Source: Geobacter metallireducens GS-15 (GTDB lineage Bacteria > Desulfobacterota > Desulfuromonadia > Geobacterales > Geobacteraceae). Taken from it: a stretch of DNA of 32,000 nucleotides. The position numbers and the translations under genes are program-made. Location: assembly GCF_000012925.1 (NCBI RefSeq), contig NC_007517.1, positions 3,965,421-3,997,420 on the forward strand, read 5' to 3'. Below, piece by piece: positions 20,606 to 28,216 of this stretch (position 1 is its first letter; every line of letters starts with the position of its first letter). Under the pieces are notes generated by a model, which ran no database searches, was not told the origin of the DNA, and worked only from the letters and a program-made list of their open reading frames with translations.

Positions 20606-22015
20606 ATGAAAAAAGTTATCGTGGTGGGGGGCGGCATTTCTGGGCTCGCAACCGCCTTTGAGCTGCGCAATAAAGGAGCAGAGGCGGGCATCGAGCTGGA
20701 TGTGACCCTGCTGGAAAAGGAAGAGCGGGTCGGCGGCAAGATCTGGAGCATCAAGGAGGAGGGATACCTCTGCGAGTGGGGGCCCAACGGCTTTCTGGAC
20801 TCCAAGCCCCAGACCCTCGACCTCTGCCGGGACCTGGGTGCCTCGGAAAGGCTCCTGCGGAGTAACGATAACGCCCGTAAGCGCTTCATCTACACCGGGG
20901 GCGTTCTGAACCGGCTCCCCGAGAACGGCCCCACGTTTCTCAAGAGCAGCCTCATCTCGTGGCCCGGCAAACTCCGCTTGGCAATGGAACCCTTCATCTC
21001 GAAGCGGACCGACGGCACCGACGAGACCCTCGCCTCCTTTGGCCGCCGGCGCCTCGGCGAGGAGGCCCTCCAGAAGCTCATCTCCCCCATGGTGTCGGGG
21101 ATCTTCGCCGGCGACCCGGAAACCATGTCGCTCCGCTCCTGCTTCCCCCGCATCGCGGAACTGGAGGACGAATACGGTAGCCTCATAAAAGCCATGATCA
21201 AACTGGCGAAAAAGAAGAAGCAGGAAGCGGCCCAGGGAAAGGCGGTATCGAGCGCCGCCGGCCCCGGTGGAGTCCTCACCTCTTTCCGATGGGGGATCCA
21301 GGAGCTGACCGACATCCTGGCGGAGCAGCTCGGTTCCGCGACCGTGGTTACGGGTCAGCCCGTGACGGGCTTGACCAGGGGATCGAGCGTCCCGTGGCGG
21401 CTGAAGACACCCACCGTCGATATCGACGCCGACGTGGTGATTCTCGCCTCGCCGGCCCATGCCACCGCCGGCATCGTCAGCGGCGTTGACGCCGCCATGG
21501 CCCAGGTGCTGGGGGAGATCCCCTACGCCTCCATGACCGTGGTCTGCTTCGGCTTCGAACGGGAGCGGATCGCCTACGACCTGAACGGCTTCGGCTACCT
21601 GATCCCCAAGGATGAGGGGATGAACACCCTCGGTACCCTCTGGGACTCCAGCATCTTCGAAAACCGTGCCCCAGAGGGTAAGGTGTTACTGCGGAGCATG
21701 CTCGGCGGCGCCTGCTTCCCCGAGTACGTGAAACTTTCCGACGCGGAGGTGATGCAGCGGGTGAAGGCAGATCTCAAGGCGACCATGGGAATCACGGCGG
21801 ACCCCTCCTTCATCAGGATCTTCCGCCATCCCCAGGCCATCCCCCAGTACACCGTCGGCCACGGAAAGCGCTTGGCGGCCCTCCAGGAACGCTCCTCGGC
21901 CCTCCCGGGGCTCTTCCTTACCGGAAACTCCTACCGCGGCATCGGCCTCAACGACTGCGCCACCGCCGCCAACCGCACCACCGACGAGGTGGTGGCCTAT
22001 CTGAAGGGCCGATAG
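20606..22015 (+). CDS. hemY: Protoporphyrinogen/coproporphyrinogen oxidase, HemY (PPOX) family flavoprotein
   Basis: 469 aa from ATG 20606, preceded by a GAGGAG SD. It has the FAD-binding fold MKKVIVVGGGISGLATAFEL and is amine-oxidase/PPOX-like throughout. The track ORF begins 26 codons upstream inside the promoter. Confidence 0.9.
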   Translation: MKKVIVVGGGISGLATAFELRNKGAEAGIELDVTLLEKEERVGGKIWSIKEEGYLCEWGPNGFLDSKPQTLDLCRDLGASERLLRSNDNARKRFIYTGGVLNRLPENGPTFLKSSLISWPGKLRLAMEPFISKRTDGTDETLASFGRRRLGEEALQKLISPMVSGIFAGDPETMSLRSCFPRIAELEDEYGSLIKAMIKLAKKKKQEAAQGKAVSSAAGPGGVLTSFRWGIQELTDILAEQLGSATVVTGQPVTGLTRGSSVPWRLKTPTVDIDADVVILASPAHATAGIVSGVDAAMAQVLGEIPYASMTVVCFGFERERIAYDLNGFGYLIPKDEGMNTLGTLWDSSIFENRAPEGKVLLRSMLGGACFPEYVKLSDAEVMQRVKADLKATMGITADPSFIRIFRHPQAIPQYTVGHGKRLAALQERSSALPGLFLTGNSYRGIGLNDCATAANRTTDEVVAYLKGR

Positions 22016-22022
22016 TTAATGC

Positions 22023-22051
22023 TTGAACATACGACGATCACATTCTATTCT
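22023..22051 (+). promoter_or_regulatory. Predicted sigma70 promoter of the Lys/Glu-rich protein gene
   Basis: TTGAAC (22023..22028), 17 nt, TATTCT (22046..22051). A 7-bp hairpin CCCGTAC-ccc-GTACGGG (22053..22069) follows. Confidence 0.4.
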
Positions 22052-22098
22052 TCCCGTACCCCGTACGGGCATTCACACCAATACCAAGGAGGAAGACC

Positions 22099-22455
22099 AT
22101 GAAGAAAACCCTGCTGACCCTGACCGCCTGCATCACCCTCGGCGCCTTTGCCGGTATCGCTTCGGCCGCCGACTACACCATCCCCTCCCCCTCTGCCGAG
22201 CTCCAGAAGAGGGAGGATAAGGCAAAGGAAAAGGTCCAGAAGAAGGAAAAGGCCGCGAAAGAGAAGCTTGCCGAAAAGGAAAAGAAGGTCTCCGACAAGC
22301 AGACCGACGTAAAGGAGCAGGTTGAGAAGAAAAAAGCCCAGGCCACTGAAAAGCACGAAAAGGTAAAGAGCAAAGTGAAGCAGAAGAAGGAGAAGGCCAA
22401 GCAGATGAAGGAAGCCGGGAAGAAAGAAGTGCAGGACTTGAAAGAGATGAAGTAA
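22099..22455 (+). CDS. Small exported Lys/Glu-rich, probably all-helical protein of unknown function
   Basis: 118 aa with a strong AAGGAGG SD. The signal peptide is MKKTLLTLTACITLGAFAGIASA|AD. By my count the 95-aa mature part has 31 Lys and 15 Glu (KAKEKVQKKEKAAKEKLAEKEKK...). Confidence 0.7.
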   Translation: MKKTLLTLTACITLGAFAGIASAADYTIPSPSAELQKREDKAKEKVQKKEKAAKEKLAEKEKKVSDKQTDVKEQVEKKKAQATEKHEKVKSKVKQKKEKAKQMKEAGKKEVQDLKEMK

Positions 22456-22481
22456 CCGCCACAGACTACGACGCCAGTCTT

Positions 22482-22520
22482 CGGGGGGGGCCGCGCCAGC
22501 AGCCTCCCCGCTTTAGTTTT
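22482..22520 (+). terminator. Possible intrinsic terminator after the Lys/Glu-rich gene
   Basis: CGGGGGGG...CCTCCCCG is an 8-bp stem (one G-U) with a 13-nt loop, followed by cTTTagTTTT. Confidence 0.4.
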
Positions 22521-22539
22521 ATCCATCCGGCAGCTCACG

Positions 22540-23046
22540 CTACCTGTAGTTCTTCCTCCGGAACAGCCCCGTCTTGAGCGACACGATCCGATCCAAAAAG
22601 AGGATCCCGTCCAGATGGTCCATCTCGTGCTGGATGGCGACCGCCTCGAAGCCGCTGGCGGAGATCTCCCGCTCCGTCCCCTCCCCGTCCCGGAACCGGA
22701 CGGTGATGGTGGTGGCCCGCTCTACGTCGCCGGTGTAGTCTGGGACGCTCATGCATCCCTCCCGCATGATAGCCGCACCTTCCCGGTGGACGATCTCGGG
22801 GTTTACCATGACAAGGACACCGTGGTTGTTCTCCTTGCCGTGACGGCTTCCGGAGACGTCCACCACGCAGACCCTGAGGGTGGCGCCGATCTGGGGTGCG
22901 GCGACCCCGACGGAGCCGGGTCCGGCACGCATGGTGTCCAGAAGGTCGTCGATAAGACCCCGGATCTCGTCGTCGATAACGGCGACGGCATGGCTCACCT
23001 TCTTTAGAACGGGATGGGGATAGCAGAGGATGGGCTGTGCGGGCAT
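22540..23046 (-). CDS. def: Peptide deformylase
   Basis: 168 aa with all three PDF motifs: GVGVAAPQIG, EGCMSVP, QHEMDHL. It lies 4 nt downstream of the ACT gene and has no SD of its own, so it is probably translationally coupled. Confidence 0.92.
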   Translation of the reverse strand: MPAQPILCYPHPVLKKVSHAVAVIDDEIRGLIDDLLDTMRAGPGSVGVAAPQIGATLRVCVVDVSGSRHGKENNHGVLVMVNPEIVHREGAAIMREGCMSVPDYTGDVERATTITVRFRDGEGTEREISASGFEAVAIQHEMDHLDGILFLDRIVSLKTGLFRRKNYR

Positions 23047-23050
23047 GGCG

Positions 23051-23620
23051 TCAGAGGGAGACCGGCGTGATGGATCGCACCGAAATCTCCACGTTCATCT
23101 CCTTCTTAATCTTGTCGAACATTGCCGCCACGTCTTCCACGACAATACCTTCCGGTAGTGCCGCCTCCAGCATCAGGACGTAGACCGGCTCTTCCTTGGT
23201 GCCGATGAGCTTGGTATTGAGGTCGGTAATATTCACCTTCCGCTCTGCCAGCTCATTTGTCACGCGGTAGATGATCCCGGGCCGGTCGGAGCCGTAGACC
23301 GAAACCATGCAGAGCTCCCCTTCCGGCGCCTGGTAGGCCACCTCGTCGGGGGAAAGGGTCCGGGCCGCCACCGTGAGCCCCATCTCTTCCGCCACTCCCC
23401 GGAACTCCTCCAGAATCCTCCCCTTGCTGAAGGGTTTCTCATGGGAGACGATGAGAATCATGGAGAACTCCCCCCCGAGCATGGTGGAGCTGGAATCCTC
23501 GACGTTGCACCCCAGCCGGTAGAGGACCCCGGCCGTTGCGGCCACGATACCGGGGCGGTCTTTTCCCACAACCGTGACGGCGTAGTGGGCAAGGGAATCC
23601 GTTTTCTTCGTGCTCATCAT
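23051..23620 (-). CDS. Tandem ACT-domain protein (GcvR-like small-molecule-binding regulator)
   Basis: 189 aa with a GAAGGAGA SD. It has two ACT-type repeats, each opening with V.V.G.DRPGI (VTVVGKDRPGIVAATAGVL and VSVYGSDRPGIIYRVTNEL). Confidence 0.8.
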   Translation of the reverse strand: MMSTKKTDSLAHYAVTVVGKDRPGIVAATAGVLYRLGCNVEDSSSTMLGGEFSMILIVSHEKPFSKGRILEEFRGVAEEMGLTVAARTLSPDEVAYQAPEGELCMVSVYGSDRPGIIYRVTNELAERKVNITDLNTKLIGTKEEPVYVLMLEAALPEGIVVEDVAAMFDKIKKEMNVEISVRSITPVSL

Positions 23621-23673
23621 GGAAAGGGTCTCCTTCGGTGATCGGCGCGCTATTCCGCAGCGGGTAGACGTCG

Positions 23674-23702
23674 ACTCTAGCAGATGGCGCCGCCAATGGC
23701 AA
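23674..23702 (-). promoter_or_regulatory. Predicted sigma70 promoter of the ACT-def pair
   Basis: On the minus strand: TTGCCA (23702..23697), 17 nt, TAGAGT (23679..23674). Confidence 0.4.
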
Positions 23703-23733
23703 GGTGCGGATGAGGTTCCTCAGGGCCAGGACT

Positions 23734-24081
23734 TCACTCGACCGGCCGAACGATTATATTGAGCACGAAACTGACGACGCTGAAGACGAGTGCGCCTAGA
23801 ATGGCGCTCCCGATGCCGGCGATGTTGAATCCCGGGACGATCCAGGCGGCCAGGGCAAAGACGGCGCCGTTCACCACGAGGGTGAAGAGGCCGAGGGTGA
23901 GCACCGTGATCGGCAGGGTGAAAAAGGAGATGATGGGCCTGAGTACCGCGTTGAGGAAGCCCAGCACAAGGGCCGCAAGGAAAAGAGTACCGCTACCGGC
24001 GATGCTGATGCCGGGAACCAGGCGGACCACGGCAAAGAGGGCCACTGCGTTGACAATCAATTTAAGGATAATTCCGAGCAT
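23734..24081 (-). CDS. DUF360 / 'phage holin family 4'-type four-TM membrane protein (YvlD-like)
   Basis: 115 aa from ATG 24081, preceded by a GGGAGA SD. MLGIILKLIVNAVALFAVVRLVPGISI...LNAVLRPIISFFTLPITVLTLGLFTLVVNGAVFALAAWIVPGF is the characteristic DUF360 pattern. Confidence 0.8.
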   Translation of the reverse strand: MLGIILKLIVNAVALFAVVRLVPGISIAGSGTLFLAALVLGFLNAVLRPIISFFTLPITVLTLGLFTLVVNGAVFALAAWIVPGFNIAGIGSAILGALVFSVVSFVLNIIVRPVE

Positions 24082-24106
24082 TGTGTGATGTCTCCCTACC
24101 GGTCTT

Positions 24107-24505
24107 TTAGCCGGCCCCATTCGTAGATCTGAGCGCCCCGATGAGTTGCTCGGGAAGCCGGCGGGGCTTCATCCCAGGCCGGACGCAGACGAGGGTGACG
24201 CGCCCCTCCACGAGGGTCTTTCCGTCTTCCGCCCTCACTACCCGCTGCCTCAGGGAGAACGTGGCCTTCCCCACCTCAAGCACCTCGGTTTCCACCCGGA
24301 GGAGGTCATCGAGGACCGCCGACGCCCGGAAATCCACCTCCATCCGCACTACCGGGAAGACGGCACCCTCGTCGGCCAACTCCCGCACCGACAGTCCCCG
24401 CCGGCGGAGGAACTCGCACCTCCCCCGCTCGAAAAAACCCAGGTAGCGGGCATGGTAGACAATCCCTCCGGCATCGGTGTCCTCATAGTAGACGCGAAAC
24501 TCCAT
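24107..24505 (-). CDS. ybgC: YbgC-type 4HBT-fold acyl-CoA thioesterase
   Basis: 132 aa from ATG 24505, preceded by a GGGAGGGGAAGGA SD; 24520 is an alternative start. RVYYEDTDAGGIVYHARYLGFFERGRCEFLR is the YbgC/4HBT catalytic-Asp motif. Confidence 0.85.
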   Translation of the reverse strand: MEFRVYYEDTDAGGIVYHARYLGFFERGRCEFLRRRGLSVRELADEGAVFPVVRMEVDFRASAVLDDLLRVETEVLEVGKATFSLRQRVVRAEDGKTLVEGRVTLVCVRPGMKPRRLPEQLIGALRSTNGAG

Positions 24506-24523
24506 TCCTTCCCCTCCCATGGC

Positions 24524-24549
24524 AAAAAAAAGAGGCCCGGGGCCTCTTT
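24524..24549 (-). terminator. Strong intrinsic terminator after the Gly-zipper lipoprotein gene
   Basis: The minus-strand RNA reads aaaGAGGCC-ccg-GGCCUC followed by U8. The U-tract ends only 4 nt (to the alternative start 24520) or 19 nt (to the preferred start 24505) before the ybgC start. Confidence 0.75.
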
Positions 24550-24570
24550 ATGAGCGGCACCTTAGCGCTG

Positions 24571-25311
24571 CTACTTGAATTTCAGAACCACGCTGTGGAG
24601 CGAGCCGGTGTTCTGGTCCCGGAGCTGCATCCGCAGTTCCCGCGCCGTATCCGCCTCGGCAGGGAAGAAGAGGAAGCCGCTGGCGATGCTCCCGGCCGGG
24701 AGGGTCTTCCCTTCCAGCCCCTTGGCCCGAATGTCGTTGATAATGGATCGCTCCCGTTCCCCCGAGGTTCCCCCCTTGAGGCCGCCGGCAACGGCACCAC
24801 CGGCACCACCGATGGCAGCCCCCTTGCCGACCGCCTCGCCGATGCTCTGCCCGGAGACAATGCCAATTGCAGCGCCGAGAACGGCACCACCGACGGCGCC
24901 AAGAATGGCACCCTTTCCGGTTTCACTTCCGAAGAAGGAGGCGAACTGGGTCGATTTCTCGATCCGGTCCACGGCCACCGCGTTGGGGACCACCTGGAAG
25001 TAGCGGTTCTGGTCGTTCACCAGGAAGGTCTGATTGGAGACAATCTCCATGTTTTTCGCTCCCTGGTTGGTCATGACGATCTGAACGGGAATGAGGCCGC
25101 TCCCCTTGATGTCGAAGCCGAAGGCGTTCTGGGCGGCCCCGCTGTCGGCGTAGGCCTCGCCGCCGATGGTGACGCCGCTTACCACGAGCCGGTTCACGTA
25201 GTCCTCGGCGGGCCGGAAACCGACGTACTGGCTCCGGTAGGGGGTGCAGGCCGAGATCAGCATCAGGGGGATAAGCAGGGTGGCGCCTTTCTTGAGCATG
25301 GCATGCTTCAT
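24571..25311 (-). CDS. Lipoprotein of unknown function with a central glycine-zipper segment
   Basis: 246 aa from ATG 25311, 10 nt after AAGGAG. The lipobox is LMLISAC. The central segment GKGAILGAVGGAVLGAAIGIVSGQSIGEAVGKGAAIGGAGGAVAGG is flanked by beta-rich halves. Confidence 0.75.
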   Translation of the reverse strand: MKHAMLKKGATLLIPLMLISACTPYRSQYVGFRPAEDYVNRLVVSGVTIGGEAYADSGAAQNAFGFDIKGSGLIPVQIVMTNQGAKNMEIVSNQTFLVNDQNRYFQVVPNAVAVDRIEKSTQFASFFGSETGKGAILGAVGGAVLGAAIGIVSGQSIGEAVGKGAAIGGAGGAVAGGLKGGTSGERERSIINDIRAKGLEGKTLPAGSIASGFLFFPAEADTARELRMQLRDQNTGSLHSVVLKFK

Positions 25312-25527
25312 GGCTTGTTCACTCCTTGGTGATGATGTGAATGGAACTGTGAAAAGATTATCACGCTTCTTTCCCGTGACAATCATCATCCGTGGCTCAA
25401 TGTGCCCAAAAAAGCGGCATCAGATTTTTCGATGTAACGGGTTTTCTCGAGCAGAGACAGGGCACAGGCTCATTTATACCCCAAAACCGTCCACACGCGA
25501 ATCTGGTGTCAATAACGCGAAAACAGT

Positions 25528-26190
25528 CTATGACTCGTTTTTTCGTCCCATTACGATGAGGCTTCGCCCGTCACCGGAGAACGGCAGAGGGAATTCCAGC
25601 ACCTGGCGGATCTCCACACCGAGCACCTCCAGGGCGGGGCGGGACGTCTCGGCCTCCTCGCGGCCCCCCTGCCCCTTCATGGCGACAATGGCACCGTTTG
25701 GCCTCAGGAGGGGCAGCGCCATGCGGACAAAGGTGGGGATGTCGGAGAAGGCCCGGGAAACGATCCAGTCGAAGTGACCGGCGAACCGCCCGGCCAGTTC
25801 CTCGCCCCGGGCATGGATCGACTGAAAGCACGAAAGCCCCAGGAGCCTCCCCATATGGCGCTGGAAGATAATCTTCTTTTCCACTGCGTCAACTGACACC
25901 ACTTCGCTCTTCGGATGAAGGATGGCAAAGGGGATGACCGGAAAGCCGCCGCCGGAGCCGAGATCCAAGAGCTTCCCCCCCTTCCCGACCGCGCGGCAGA
26001 GAGAGAGGGAATCCACGAAGTGCTTCAGGGCGATCTCCCGTTCGGTGGTGATGGCGGTCAGGTTGATCTTGCGGTTCCATTTCCGAAGCTCAGCGGCAAA
26101 GAGAGCAAATTTCCCCACTTGGGCCGACGTGAGTTCCACACCCAGCTGGGCCGCTCCGCGCACCAGGAGGTCCTTGGCTTCCTGGTCCAT
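25528..26190 (-). CDS. rsmG: 16S rRNA (guanine527-N7)-methyltransferase RsmG (GidB)
   Basis: 220 aa from ATG 26190, 1 nt after the mnmG stop. ...WNRKINLTAI...HFVDSL...LLDLGSGGGFPVIP is the SAM-binding motif. Confidence 0.93.
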   Translation of the reverse strand: MDQEAKDLLVRGAAQLGVELTSAQVGKFALFAAELRKWNRKINLTAITTEREIALKHFVDSLSLCRAVGKGGKLLDLGSGGGFPVIPFAILHPKSEVVSVDAVEKKIIFQRHMGRLLGLSCFQSIHARGEELAGRFAGHFDWIVSRAFSDIPTFVRMALPLLRPNGAIVAMKGQGGREEAETSRPALEVLGVEIRQVLEFPLPFSGDGRSLIVMGRKNES

Positions 26191-26191
26191 G

Positions 26192-28066
26192 CTACCCCCG
26201 GGCCTTGAGGGCAAGGGACAGAATCCCCACCGCCGCCGGGGTTACCCCCTGGATGCGGGAGGCCTGCCCCAGGGTGTCGGGACGGAATTTGGCCAGCTTC
26301 TCCCGCACCTCGGCCGAGAGGCCGGGGAGGGCCCCGTAGTCGAAGCCGGCGGGAACACGGGTCCCTTCCAGCTTCCGGGCCCGCTCCACCTGGTCCAGCT
26401 GCCGCTCGATGTACCCCTGGTACTTGATCTGGATCTCCACCTGCTCCCGAACCACCGGCGGCACCTCCGCCGCCCGGGGATCGATGCGGCATAATTCCTC
26501 GTAGGTTATATCGGGACGCCGCAGGAGCTGCTCATAGGTGAGGGCATTCTGGAGAGCTGTCAGGGAGAACGCGGCCAGGAAATCCGGATCCGCTTCGGAG
26601 GGGAGGAGTTTCGTTCCCTTGAGCCGAGCAAGCTCGGCACCGATCCGCTCCCGTTTCTCCAGGAACCGTTGGTACGCTCCTTCCGGCACGAGCCCCACGG
26701 CGTGGCCCCGCTCCCGGAGCCGCAGGTCCGCGTTGTCCTCCCGCAGGAGGAGCCGGTACTCGGCCCGTGAGGTGAACATCCGGTAGGGTTCCCGGGTGCC
26801 GAGGGTAACAAGGTCGTCGATCATGACGCCGATATAAGCCTCGCTCCGGCCCAGAATCAGCGGTTCTTTGTCCCGCACCCGCAGGGCGGCGTTGATCCCC
26901 GCCATGAGCCCCTGCCCCGCCGCCTCTTCGTAGCCGGAGGTGCCGTTAATCTGGCCGGCGTGGTAGAGGTTACGGACAAGCTTGGTCTCCAGGGAGGCGT
27001 GGAGCTGGATCGGGTCCACGTAATCGTACTCGATGGCATAGGCGGGCCGCATGATCTCCACCCGCTCCAGCCCCTCGATGCTCCGGTAGAAGGCCCACTG
27101 GATATCGATGGGGAGCGAGGTGGAGAGCCCCGAGGGATAGTACTCCACCGTGTCCCGCCCCTCGGGCTCCAGAAAGGTCTGGTGACGGTCCTTCTCGGGG
27201 AAGCGGACCACCTTGTCCTCGATGGAGGGGCAATAGCGGGGACCGATTCCTTCGATCACGCCGGCATAGAGGGGCGAGCGGTCGAGCCCCGAGCGGATGA
27301 TCTCGTGGGAGCGGGGGTTGGTGTAGGCGATGTAGCACGGCACCTGGGGCTGGTCGATCCGCTCCGTGGAGAAAGAGAACGGTACTGGCGGGTCATCCCC
27401 GTGCTGGGGCTCCAGGCGGGTGAAATCAATGGTGCGGCCGTCGAGCCGGGCCGGGGTGCCCGTCTTGAGACGGCCCACGGCAAAGCCCAGCTCCCGGAGC
27501 TGGTCCGACAGCCCCACGGACGGTAGATCCCCCGCCCTCCCCCCGGGGTAGTTGGTGAGCCCCACATGGATGAGCCCCCGCATGAAGGTGCCGGTGGTGA
27601 GGATGACGGTGGCGCCGAGGTAGCGGACCCCGACCTTCGTATCGACACCGCGTACCTCGCCATCCTCAACCACAATGCCGGTCACCTCGGCCTGCTTGAG
27701 GGAGAGGCGTTCCTGCTGCTCCATGACGTGTTTCATCCGGAGACGGTAGAGCTGCTTGTCGGCCTGGGCCCGGGAGGCCCGGACCGCCGGCCCCTTGCGG
27801 GTATTGAGGATGCGGAACTGGATGCCGGTGGCGTCGATATTCTTTCCCATCTCGCCGCCGAGGGCATCGATCTCCTTCACCAGATGCCCCTTGGCCGACC
27901 CGCCGATGGCAGGGTTGCACGACATGAGGGCAATGGCGTCCAGATTAATGGTGAGAAGCAGCGTCTCGCACCCCATGCGGGCAGCGGCCAGGGCCGCCTC
28001 GCAGCCGGCATGGCCCGCCCCCACCACGATGACGTCGTACTGTTTATCGTAGTCGATGAATTCCAT
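26192..28066 (-). CDS. mnmG: tRNA uridine-5-carboxymethylaminomethyl modification enzyme MnmG (GidA)
   Basis: 624 aa. The N-terminal FAD fold is YDVIVVGAGHAGCEAALAAARMG. Similarity to GidA runs the full length. Confidence 0.98.
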   Translation of the reverse strand: MEFIDYDKQYDVIVVGAGHAGCEAALAAARMGCETLLLTINLDAIALMSCNPAIGGSAKGHLVKEIDALGGEMGKNIDATGIQFRILNTRKGPAVRASRAQADKQLYRLRMKHVMEQQERLSLKQAEVTGIVVEDGEVRGVDTKVGVRYLGATVILTTGTFMRGLIHVGLTNYPGGRAGDLPSVGLSDQLRELGFAVGRLKTGTPARLDGRTIDFTRLEPQHGDDPPVPFSFSTERIDQPQVPCYIAYTNPRSHEIIRSGLDRSPLYAGVIEGIGPRYCPSIEDKVVRFPEKDRHQTFLEPEGRDTVEYYPSGLSTSLPIDIQWAFYRSIEGLERVEIMRPAYAIEYDYVDPIQLHASLETKLVRNLYHAGQINGTSGYEEAAGQGLMAGINAALRVRDKEPLILGRSEAYIGVMIDDLVTLGTREPYRMFTSRAEYRLLLREDNADLRLRERGHAVGLVPEGAYQRFLEKRERIGAELARLKGTKLLPSEADPDFLAAFSLTALQNALTYEQLLRRPDITYEELCRIDPRAAEVPPVVREQVEIQIKYQGYIERQLDQVERARKLEGTRVPAGFDYGALPGLSAEVREKLAKFRPDTLGQASRIQGVTPAAVGILSLALKARG

Positions 28067-28160
28067 CTCTTGCGTATGACCTCAATCCTGTTTCACAGGA
28101 GGCGATAATGGATACGGTATCCCAGCAAATTAGTCAGTGGCAACAAGAAGTTAGCCACAA

Positions 28161-28176
28161 TGTTCCACGTGAAACA
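28161..28176. promoter_or_regulatory. parS (ParB/Spo0J centromere-like binding site)
   Basis: TGTTCCACGTGAAACA matches every defined position of the parS consensus TGTTNCACGTGAAACA. It lies in the mnmE-mnmG spacer. Confidence 0.85.
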
Positions 28177-28184
28177 TCTACCCA

Positions 28185-28214
28185 ATGATACCCGTTGCAC
28201 CCCTTGTTCGTCAA
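28185..28214 (-). promoter_or_regulatory. Predicted sigma70 promoter of mnmG-rsmG
   Basis: On the minus strand: TTGACG (28214..28209), 18 nt, TATCAT (28190..28185). The parS site starts 8 nt downstream of the -10. Confidence 0.4.
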
Positions 28215-28216
28215 AC

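Noticed and set aside
22045-22538. Three overlapping minus-strand ORFs (22045..22356, 22133..22462, 22173..22538) opposite the Lys/Glu-rich gene.
   Set aside because: They are the complement of a low-complexity AAG/GAA-rich coding region, which gives Phe/Leu/Ser-rich nonsense. They have no SD, whereas the plus-strand gene has a strong SD, a signal peptide and a promoter.
25312-25527. The two largest non-coding gaps (25312..25527 and 13672..13913), examined for sRNA, riboswitch, small ORF or mobile-element remnants.
   Set aside because: I found only isolated hexamers (TTGACA and TATAAA 28 nt apart at about 25440..25480, minus strand). There are no stable conserved-looking structures, no terminators, no repeats shared with other parts of the window and no SD-led small ORFs. 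Nothing I can support without transcript data or covariance-model searches.
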